Shown here one piece after another: positions 54,488 through 61,970 of a stretch of DNA of 64,000 nucleotides; the first letter of the stretch is position 1; each line of letters starts with the position of its first letter. The notes beneath the pieces are model-generated. The model did not search any database. It was given only the letters and a program-made list of their open reading frames with translations, and was not told the DNA's origin. The position numbers and the translations under genes were made by a program. This DNA is from an uncultured Candidatus Saccharibacteria bacterium (lineage in GTDB: Bacteria; Patescibacteriota; Saccharimonadia; Saccharimonadales; CAZDBS01): the NCBI GenBank assembly GCA_964503775.1, contig CAZDBS010000001.1, positions 9,621 to 73,620 on the forward strand, given 5' to 3'.

Positions 54488-55852
54488 ATGTCATCTCCAC
54501 TCAAAACATCATTCGACGTCATTGTAATCGGTAGCGGTGCGGCCGGTGGTGTAGCCGCTCATATCTTAGCCGGCGCAGGCAAAAGTGTCGCGATTGTTGA
54601 GCAGGACCATCTCGGAGGAGATAGTGTGCATTACAGCGTTGTCCCTCGGGCGTCACTCATCGAATCAGCCCGTCGTTACCGTGAGGCACGTAGCAATATG
54701 CCCTTCGGAGTTCGCACTCCATCCATCACCTATAGTTATCCGTCGTTCCGAGGTCGCAAAGATGAGGTCATCGCATCGATATCACCAGGCAAAGCCACTT
54801 ATCAGGATGATGGGATTGTCGTTATCAATGGCAAAGCTATGTTTACTGGTCACCACACCATCCTAGTTGGCGACCAGAAATACAAAGCTCGAGATTTTAT
54901 CATCGCTACCGGGAGTAGCCCGGCTATCCCAGATGTTGACGATTTGGAAGAACTGGGTTTTCTCACTTACAAAGAAGCGGTCAATCTCAATTCCCCACCC
55001 AAGATCCTGGCGATTATCGGCAGCGATGCCACGGCCGTCGAGTTTGCCGATTACTTCGCCACACTTGGTTCGCAGGTGACTATCATCACGTCTGACACCA
55101 GACTATTGGTTGAGGAGGACAAATCCACCAGTGATTTTGTGGAGAATAACTTCCGAGCCAGAGGTATTGAGGTGCTGGTCGGCAGCACAGCGCTTGGTGT
55201 TGATAAATTCCGAGGTCGCAAAGTCGTAACTTATCTCCGAAACGGCGCACAACACGAGATCAGCTGTGATGACATCCTCGTTTCAACCAAATATACCCCA
55301 AGAGTCGATCTAAATCTCGAAGCAGTTGGCGTCAAATACAACGTGCGAGGTATCAAAGTAGATGAAACCATGAGGACTTCGTCCTCTCATGTATATGCTA
55401 TCGGCGATGTAACCAACGAAGCTCCCTACCACGACGCCGCCATCCAGCAGGCCAAAGTTGCCGCTCACAATCTACTACACAAGCGCAAAGTCCTCATGCA
55501 TTATCACGCCATCCCGAGAGTAATCTTCACCAACCCCGAGATTGCAGTTGTCGGACACACTGAAACCGAAGCCCGTGAGGCGGGGGTAAAACTGCATGTC
55601 GCCACCGCTTCGATCGCAACCGTCGGTAAATCCCACGTCACCGATGAAGATTATGGATTTGTCAAAGTCATCACTAGTAAGTCCGGCCAGATCCTTGGCG
55701 GAACAGTCATCGCTCCGAATGCCAGCGAAGTTATTCACGAGCTGGCACTTGCCGTCAGTGTCGGTCTGACCGCTGCCGACATAGCCAATACCATCCATGT
55801 CTTTCCTAGTTACTCTGAGGCCGTCAAGATCGCCTGTCAGAAGCTTGTGTAA
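54488..55852 (+). CDS. Class I pyridine nucleotide-disulfide oxidoreductase homolog (Lpd/GR/MerA-like) lacking the redox-active Cys pair
   Basis: FAD fold FDVIVIGSGAAGG and C-terminal dimerisation domain with HVFPSYSE. The canonical GGTCxNxGCxPSK reads GGDSVHYSVVPRAS here, so both Cys are replaced. Confidence 0.75.
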   Translation: MSSPLKTSFDVIVIGSGAAGGVAAHILAGAGKSVAIVEQDHLGGDSVHYSVVPRASLIESARRYREARSNMPFGVRTPSITYSYPSFRGRKDEVIASISPGKATYQDDGIVVINGKAMFTGHHTILVGDQKYKARDFIIATGSSPAIPDVDDLEELGFLTYKEAVNLNSPPKILAIIGSDATAVEFADYFATLGSQVTIITSDTRLLVEEDKSTSDFVENNFRARGIEVLVGSTALGVDKFRGRKVVTYLRNGAQHEISCDDILVSTKYTPRVDLNLEAVGVKYNVRGIKVDETMRTSSSHVYAIGDVTNEAPYHDAAIQQAKVAAHNLLHKRKVLMHYHAIPRVIFTNPEIAVVGHTETEAREAGVKLHVATASIATVGKSHVTDEDYGFVKVITSKSGQILGGTVIAPNASEVIHELALAVSVGLTAADIANTIHVFPSYSEAVKIACQKLV

Positions 55853-55909
55853 AACTCTTGCATTTCCCAAAATTGGGAGCATCATGGATGTAGAGAGGAG
55901 AAAATAAAA

Positions 55910-56275
55910 ATGTCATTAATTGATGTGGCTATTTCTCCAGCAGAAGTAGCTCAGATAGTCGGACCGGATTATTTCGAAGAACGGATAAACACGGTTGCCT
56001 GTATGCAACCCGAGACGCGAGATGTTTTTCGCAAACTTCGTGATGAATCCGGGTGGAATATGTCTCCCGAAGCGACAGAGCTATTAGGACACGTTAAAAG
56101 CTTATGTGGGCAATGTGCGATACTAGATCACTGCGGTAATTTAGCTCCCACTACAGGAGAGGCACGGTGGCGAGGCATATTCGATGGTCTTACTGCCAGA
56201 GAACGATTCGAGAGGACCGATGGGCACTATTACGATGAAGAAGTTAGCTTAAGTATGGGCATGTCGGTAGAGTGA
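55910..56275 (+). CDS. WhiB-like (Wbl) 4-Cys protein
   Basis: Cys pattern ACMQPETRDVF ... LCGQCAILDHC (C-x2-C-x5-C), followed by RWRGIFDGLTARER, which resembles the G[VI]WGG turn plus the basic tail of Wbl proteins. GGAGAA RBS. Confidence 0.6.
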   Translation: MSLIDVAISPAEVAQIVGPDYFEERINTVACMQPETRDVFRKLRDESGWNMSPEATELLGHVKSLCGQCAILDHCGNLAPTTGEARWRGIFDGLTARERFERTDGHYYDEEVSLSMGMSVE

Positions 56276-56300
56276 GTCTGGGATTTGTTACAATTGATAC

Positions 56301-56504
56301 ATGAAAGACGCTCAAAAGTTAGCCACCCAGGTATTTATCTCAGCATCAATTCTTTTTGGAGTCATGGGCGTCACTATGATCCTCAGTACGCCTATGGACG
56401 GCGCACCGCCCGAATTACTATTCAAAGTTCTCCTCGCACTCGGATTCGTAGTCTTATCCTCGTTTGGTGTCAGCGCCGGGTTGAAGTATTTGTCGGATAA
56501 ATAG
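56301..56504 (+). CDS. 67-aa two-TM membrane protein
   Basis: VFISASILFGVMGVTMIL ... LLFKVLLALGFVVLSSFGV. Confidence 0.4.
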   Translation: MKDAQKLATQVFISASILFGVMGVTMILSTPMDGAPPELLFKVLLALGFVVLSSFGVSAGLKYLSDK

Positions 56505-56548
56505 GCACGCGACTTCCAGTATTCAGGTGGTCACTATGCACTTTAAAA

Positions 56549-56636
56549 CCGGCCGGTCCTCGCTGCGCTCGCGCATTTCGTCATGCTCGATACGAGTATC
56601 TGCGCGTGACTCCACTGGCGTCGAATCCGGCGACTA
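56549..56636 (-). repeat. Degenerate tRNA-fMet 3'-half copy interrupted in the T-loop by the conserved ~60-nt insert (copy B)
   Basis: Minus-strand sense: agtcgccggattcga | cgccagtggagtcacgcgcagatactcgtatcgagcatgacgaaatgcgcgagcgcag | cgaggaccggccgg. The flanks match ggtcgccggttcgagtccggccc of the adjacent tRNA. Confidence 0.6.
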
Positions 56637-56728
56637 TCATCTTTGCTTTCAGCAAATCTGAGTCGCCAATTCAAAACCTGACCCAGATTACCAAAACAAA
56701 ACCCCCACCAAAGGTGAGGGATTTGTTT

Positions 56729-56803
56729 TGGTAGCGGGGGCCGGACTCGAACCGGCGACCTTGTGGTTATGAGCCACACGAGCTGCCACTGCTCTACCCC
56801 GCG
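56729..56803 (-). tRNA. Initiator-type tRNA-Met(CAU), CCA encoded
   Basis: The reverse complement is cgcgggg-ta-gagc-agtggca-gctc-g-tgtgg-ctCATaa-ccaca-aggtc-gccgg-ttcgagt-ccggc-ccccgct-a-cca. The 1:72 position is unpaired (C1xU72) and the 5' end is CGCGGGG, as in bacterial initiators. Confidence 0.85.
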
Positions 56804-57082
56804 GTATCATCGGAATGACGATCAGCTTCTGTTCCGCCTTAGCGGGACTTCCACTCTCTAGTCGCTTCCTCTTCGCAAATTTGGTGAACTACAACAATAG
56901 CTTCAAAAGGCTTAGATATCCTAACAGATCTGATACGACCAGTCAATGAAGGTTAGGGATGATGAATCGCAAGCTTCAAGACAGTTTTTTGTTTCATGTC
57001 TGGTAGATCATACTCTATGTGACGTAGCGCACATACTTTTTGGATCATCACGACCATAATGAGCCTGTAACAGGAGATAGAT

Positions 57083-57232
57083 ATGCTTTTAACTGTCGCG
57101 GTCATACTGGGAGTATTGTGGCTACTTGGGGTGGTTGCTATCAATGTCACTACACCGCTCATACACGTTATCCTCGTAGTCGCCTTGATTGTATTTATCT
57201 ACGACGTGGTCGCTCGACGAGGCAGAGGCTAA
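57083..57232 (+). CDS. lmo0937-family small membrane protein (49 aa)
   Basis: My translation is MLLTVAVILGVLWLLGVVAINVTTPLIHVILVVALIVFIYDVVARRGRG. AGGAGA RBS about 7 nt upstream. Confidence 0.6.
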   Translation: MLLTVAVILGVLWLLGVVAINVTTPLIHVILVVALIVFIYDVVARRGRG

Positions 57233-57267
57233 GACTTGCCCACATCTAACATAGAGAGGAATTCACA

Positions 57268-57657
57268 ATGAACGAAGATACCCAAAAAATCACCGAGACG
57301 ACTACTCAGTCCGGCGATACAGTACAGAAAACAACTAACATCTCAGATAGTCAAGACAACAAGGCTCATCAACGTAATGTTGCCGAGAGAGTCGTTTGGT
57401 TTGTCTCAGGCGTACTGCTAGTACTGCTTGGGTTTAGGTTTGCGCTTTCGCTGTTGGGCGCCAACACTACAAACGCCTTTGCGAATATAATCTACGACAT
57501 GTCTCACCCATTCGTAGCACCGTTTTTTAGTTTGTTTGGCTATGACAACTACTCATACGGTGTATCGCGCTTTGAGGTATACACTTTAGTAGCGATGGTA
57601 GTTTACGGTGTAGTTGCGTGGGGAGTAGCAAAGCTCGTCACATTAAATAAAGATTGA
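57268..57657 (+). CDS. YggT-family membrane protein
   Basis: RVVWFVSGVLLVLLGFRFALSLLGAN...ANIIYDMSHPFVAPF and a second TM VYTLVAMVVYGVVAW. GAGAGG RBS. Confidence 0.65.
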   Translation: MNEDTQKITETTTQSGDTVQKTTNISDSQDNKAHQRNVAERVVWFVSGVLLVLLGFRFALSLLGANTTNAFANIIYDMSHPFVAPFFSLFGYDNYSYGVSRFEVYTLVAMVVYGVVAWGVAKLVTLNKD

Positions 57658-57689
57658 AACTAACAGCTTAAGCGTAGGCGTCACACAAC

Positions 57690-57714
57690 AAAAGACCCCT
57701 CGTAGGGGTCTTTT
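57690..57714. terminator. Bidirectional hairpin terminator
   Basis: aaaagacccct-cgt-aggggtctttt, between convergent genes. Confidence 0.75.
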
Positions 57715-57720
57715 GTGTCA

Positions 57721-57930
57721 CTATGAGATGTGATTCCGCAACTTCTGTGCAGTCCTGCGGAATTGCCGCCTCAAGAGATAACTATTCTCTAGTAACTCTG
57801 CGTCAAGTTCTGCCGGTGAGGCACCCGAGAAATCATCAGGCGACTCCCCGGAGTTATAGAGGTACTGTCTGAAACTAACTTTTGGGCGATTTTGTTGTTT
57901 GTCTCTCGATGATCGAAAATCATACGACAT
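57721..57930 (-). CDS. 69-aa hypothetical protein
   Basis: ORF only. Charged, with no recognisable motif. Confidence 0.3.
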   Translation of the reverse strand: MSYDFRSSRDKQQNRPKVSFRQYLYNSGESPDDFSGASPAELDAELLENSYLLRRQFRRTAQKLRNHIS

Positions 57931-58104
57931 ATTTGCCCCTTCCCAAGGTTGGACTTAGCGAACAAAGCCTAGCATTTTTGTACATCCCCCCTCGTAATGC
58001 ACTCTACAATGACAGCGTGCTACTGATTACTATAGTGCTTTTGACAGAAATTATATGTGTGCTTTATCACAAAGACATACAAGTTATACGTATATACTGA
58101 CACT

Positions 58105-58770
58105 ATGGCCATATACACCCAGTCCGCAGAGGAGTCTATAGAAGCTTATTTCAGTGATGGGCTCCTCATGCACTTCACCAAAGACGAAACGATCATCAAT
58201 GGTTTCGACGAGCCGGAAGGGGTATATCTTATAAAGGATGGTTTTGTCAAAGCTCACTCTGTATCCAAAGTGGGACACGGGAACCTCCTGATTATCCATG
58301 AGGCGGGTGAATTTATACCCCTGCCATGGGCGCTGGACGGAGCCCACACGACAGGCTTATCGTATGAAGCCATGACAGACGTCACGGTTCTCCGAGCGCC
58401 CAAAGACAGACTTCGCACCGCCATGGGCAACAATAGCTGGCTATCTCAGGAGGTGCTGAAACAAGCCGTCAATATTATCACTGACTACACTCAGAGAATT
58501 CAAACACTTGAGTTCCGCTCCGCTCGAGAAAGAGTAGTATCCGAACTAATCGGTCTGGCTGAGAGATTTGGCAAGAACATCGGCTCAGAGATTTTAATCA
58601 ACGTCCCTGTAACTCATCAAGACATTGCCGACTCTATCAATACGACAAGAGAGACGACAAGCCGAGCCCTAGAATTACTTTTCGAAGAGGAACTCGTAGG
58701 TCAAAAGGAGCATCTCTTTACGCTCCTCAATTTGCCTAAACTACAGGCAATTCTCGGTCAGAATATGTGA
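58105..58770 (+). CDS. Crp/Fnr family transcriptional regulator
   Basis: cNMP-binding beta-roll (GVYLIKDGFVKAH...GEFIPL) and C-terminal HTH (THQDIADSINTTRETTSRALELL). The start is at ATG 58105. Confidence 0.8.
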   Translation: MAIYTQSAEESIEAYFSDGLLMHFTKDETIINGFDEPEGVYLIKDGFVKAHSVSKVGHGNLLIIHEAGEFIPLPWALDGAHTTGLSYEAMTDVTVLRAPKDRLRTAMGNNSWLSQEVLKQAVNIITDYTQRIQTLEFRSARERVVSELIGLAERFGKNIGSEILINVPVTHQDIADSINTTRETTSRALELLFEEELVGQKEHLFTLLNLPKLQAILGQNM

Positions 58771-58836
58771 CAATTCGGTCGCATTAGGTGCCCACAATAA
58801 CTATGTCTGTCAGTCCGAAGACAGGTAGGATCTCTG

Positions 58837-59784
58837 TTACAGCTTCTGTTCTATAAGTTCAAACATTTGCTTCGCAAGGCCGAGCGAACTCGTCGTCAAT
58901 GCACCGTGCCCACCGTTGGGGTCAGAGAGCGTGCCGAGTACTGTTGCGCCTTTGTTGCTCACGAAGGTTTTGGTGGCTTCCATAGCTTCACACCCGTCTC
59001 GCGTCGGGTTAGGATCCTTTTTGCCACAGGCCAGTATCCAGTAGACTCCACCAAATATCTTCGACTGCGTTTTGGCAGGAATGCTCTTGGTTGTTGAATC
59101 GTAGTACGTAGACTCGGCACCACCAGAAGACGATACGACCAGATCAATCATGGGCGACGAATCGCTTCGATCAAGTGCTGCAACAGAATAAGAATTAGCG
59201 CTCCCCCGCGAAAAACCCTCGAGCACAACCACATCACCAGACGCATATCCTTGACTCGATAGAAAATCATGAATCTGGGCCTTGATGACATCTGGCGCAG
59301 TATAGTCGGAGGTTTGATCGCCACTTCCATCCCACCAATTCAGAGTGGCTAGCGCAAATTGCGTCTCTTTGACGAACGGTTTCCAAATTTCATAATCTTT
59401 CTCGGCAGACCCTTCAGTACCGTGGAGAGTTATAAAGATCTTCTTGGGAGAAGCGTTGTTCTGACCAGCTGGTGCACCATAGTAGAAATACTGTCCGCCG
59501 GTTTTAGTAGCGACTTTCTGGGGACTATCAATAGTCGAAGCACTGTCTGGGTCTTTGGCTTTGGGTGTGGATGGTGTGGTTTTGGTATTGGTAGTATTTG
59601 TCGTACCGCTCTTGGTCGTGTTCGATGTAGTGGTCTCTGTGGCTACCGTACTCGTCTTAGTCGTGTCAGTACCAGAACTAGTGGCTACCCGCCAACCAAC
59701 GAATCCCACAACAGCGACCACAACTAAAATCACTACAATTAGAACATGTGAGAAACCAGCTTCTCGAGTAGTGTATATGTTCAC
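58837..59784 (-). CDS. Secreted alpha/beta-hydrolase (esterase/depolymerase-like) with Thr-rich linker
   Basis: Nucleophile elbow VVLEGFSRGSANSY (GxSxG), FITLHGTEGS. N-terminal module REAGFSHVLIVVILVVVAVVGFVGWRV. I prefer the GTG start at 59784 because it leaves 94 nt for the divergent promoters. Confidence 0.6.
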   Translation of the reverse strand: MNIYTTREAGFSHVLIVVILVVVAVVGFVGWRVATSSGTDTTKTSTVATETTTSNTTKSGTTNTTNTKTTPSTPKAKDPDSASTIDSPQKVATKTGGQYFYYGAPAGQNNASPKKIFITLHGTEGSAEKDYEIWKPFVKETQFALATLNWWDGSGDQTSDYTAPDVIKAQIHDFLSSQGYASGDVVVLEGFSRGSANSYSVAALDRSDSSPMIDLVVSSSGGAESTYYDSTTKSIPAKTQSKIFGGVYWILACGKKDPNPTRDGCEAMEATKTFVSNKGATVLGTLSDPNGGHGALTTSSLGLAKQMFELIEQKL

Positions 59785-59878
59785 GCTAGAAGCATAAACG
59801 AAATATATCGAATAATCCACGGCTTTACTTAACTCAAATTTGCATCCTACAATCATTACGCTTATCCTTTAATCAAGT

Positions 59879-60664
59879 ATGATGAAAAAGCATAACGAAT
59901 ATGGCTTTGGCCATATAATCGCAATAGTCCTGATAGTTACTATCGTCGCTGTTGGCCTAATAGGGTGGCGTGTAACTCAAAAAGACAAAAAGTCAGTTAC
60001 ACAAACAAACATTAGTACAGCTTCGGCAACCGAAAAATCATCAGCTTCAACTGCCGAATCAGACATCAGTCTTCAGAACCTAGGAGTGAATCTTTCGGAT
60101 GTACTAATCACCAAAGACGCGACTCGGGAGTTCACGAGCCAAGGCCTCAAAGGCTTCTATGTATTTGGTGACAAACTTAGCGGTAATAGACTGAATCCAA
60201 ACTTCGAATTCTCATCGCTGAAGAGCGGCACCAAACTCATCTCAGCTATCGATGGCATCGTCGGATTTATCAAAGAACAGCCCGAGACCAGTGACTGGGA
60301 GGTATTTATCCAACCCAAAGCCAATTCCAAATGGACTATCGGTTACGACCATGTCACCAATGTGGCGGTGAAAAAAGATGGAGTCGTCAAAGCCGGCGAC
60401 GTCATCGGTGAACCGGCCAAACAAGGCAACGGCGCACTTCGCTTCGAGATCCAGATCAACAAAGACGAAGGTGACACGACAACACACCTCTGCCCGACTA
60501 CTCTCCTCGCTTCCAGCGTCAAAGACAAACTTATCAGTGACCTAACTAAGACGCAGAACGATTGGGAGACAACTACAGGACTCGAACTCTACAATCCTGC
60601 AGCTCAGGATCCAATCGGTTGCTTGAAAAAGACGCTAACAGTCAACGAAGCCGAAGGCAAATAA
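59879..60664 (+). CDS. Secreted hypothetical protein with M23/LytM-like barrel segment
   Basis: N-terminal module NEYGFGHIIAIVLIVTIVAVGLIGWRV. C-terminal part ISAIDGIVGFI...WTIGYDHVTNVAVKKDGVVKAGDVIGEP. Confidence 0.5.
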   Translation: MMKKHNEYGFGHIIAIVLIVTIVAVGLIGWRVTQKDKKSVTQTNISTASATEKSSASTAESDISLQNLGVNLSDVLITKDATREFTSQGLKGFYVFGDKLSGNRLNPNFEFSSLKSGTKLISAIDGIVGFIKEQPETSDWEVFIQPKANSKWTIGYDHVTNVAVKKDGVVKAGDVIGEPAKQGNGALRFEIQINKDEGDTTTHLCPTTLLASSVKDKLISDLTKTQNDWETTTGLELYNPAAQDPIGCLKKTLTVNEAEGK

Positions 60665-60708
60665 CCCACAGTGGGTTGCTTACAAGTATGAGGCTATGAA
60701 CGTGTTTG

Positions 60709-61872
60709 TTATTTCTTGACTGGAGACGCTTCAAGATCGTAAGTTGGAGTTGGTGTTCGTTGGAATATGTCGAGTAGTAGCATGCCCGAACCCAGCCACA
60801 TCACGGCGAGTAAAGCCAGGAAGCCAACGATCGGTATGAAGTAGAGGACAAGTAAGATGCTGGCGCCCAATAACATGATGAGTAGTGGTTTCTTGGAGTC
60901 AGGCAGTATGAGGCGACCCAGATAGTAGCCAAAGAGCGGGCCACTGAGCAACAGCACGACGAACCAGAGTAGCATAACCATCAGAGCTAGAGGTATACCG
61001 ATGACCGTAATCGCTAGGAGAATGAGCACAAACGGCAGCGCAGCGTTCGCCAGAAAACCAGTTAGTGCGGCCTTCCATGGATTAGGCATGGCTTTATCAG
61101 TTACGGACTGCAACATACGCGGGAAAAGGAGTGCAATGACCATCGCCGTGAGCAGCATTGAGGCAAACCAGTAGACGAACCACCATATCCCAAAACCGAA
61201 GACTGCCCAGTGCTTGGACTTGTTGGGTTGAACCGGCTCTGTACGCTTGATAGTACCACTCACCGTAGCCCCTGAGTCCCTAGTGAGGTCTTTGGTACTC
61301 GTATAGTTGATATCACCATTAACCCGGGCTCTGGACGACAGAGTCAAGGTATTGAGTGATCCTTTGATATTCCTACCGACTTCACCAGTGATCGTTACCG
61401 AGTCACCACCGACCGCCATATCTCTCCCAACCACACCGTTGATGACTGCGTCGGTTGAACCGATTGTTAAATCACCGCCAATCTTGCTCCCCGACTCTAG
61501 CGTAAAACTCTGTCCGGCGACCGTAGCGTTACCTGCTACAGTGGCCCCGAGAGTTACGGTCTGTCCGGCCAGACGGACATCACCATCAACTTTGCCCGAG
61601 ACATTAACCGTCTGTCCGGCACAAAGTACGTCTCCGTGCACAACTCCCGACACATGCACTGTCTGTCCGGCACAGAAAATATCCCCGAAAACTTCATTGT
61701 CGATATCAATCGTCCGTCCACCAGCAAATACCGACTCATGGATAGACTGACCTTGACTCAAAGTTACCGATGTCCCTGAGTGAAAACTATGCGCGTTTGC
61801 TAAACCAACCCAGCCAAGTGATATAGCAACCACCACCAACCCTGTCAGGGCTAGAGATTTAAATCTGCTCAT
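60709..61872 (-). CDS. Membrane protein with extracytoplasmic bactofilin-like (polymer-forming) beta-helix repeats and C-terminal polytopic domain
   Basis: Signal peptide ending LANA. Repeats GDIFCAGQTVHVSGVVHGDVLCAGQTVNVSGKVDGDVRLAGQTVTLG. Then 5-6 TM helices. Confidence 0.55.
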   Translation of the reverse strand: MSRFKSLALTGLVVVAISLGWVGLANAHSFHSGTSVTLSQGQSIHESVFAGGRTIDIDNEVFGDIFCAGQTVHVSGVVHGDVLCAGQTVNVSGKVDGDVRLAGQTVTLGATVAGNATVAGQSFTLESGSKIGGDLTIGSTDAVINGVVGRDMAVGGDSVTITGEVGRNIKGSLNTLTLSSRARVNGDINYTSTKDLTRDSGATVSGTIKRTEPVQPNKSKHWAVFGFGIWWFVYWFASMLLTAMVIALLFPRMLQSVTDKAMPNPWKAALTGFLANAALPFVLILLAITVIGIPLALMVMLLWFVVLLLSGPLFGYYLGRLILPDSKKPLLIMLLGASILLVLYFIPIVGFLALLAVMWLGSGMLLLDIFQRTPTPTYDLEASPVKK

Positions 61873-61970
61873 AACCTACCTCCGTTCTAAACTCCAGTAT
61901 AATAACGGCTTTTCAAATGTGTATGTGATATCTATCACATACGTGACATATTCAACAATACAGACAGGTT

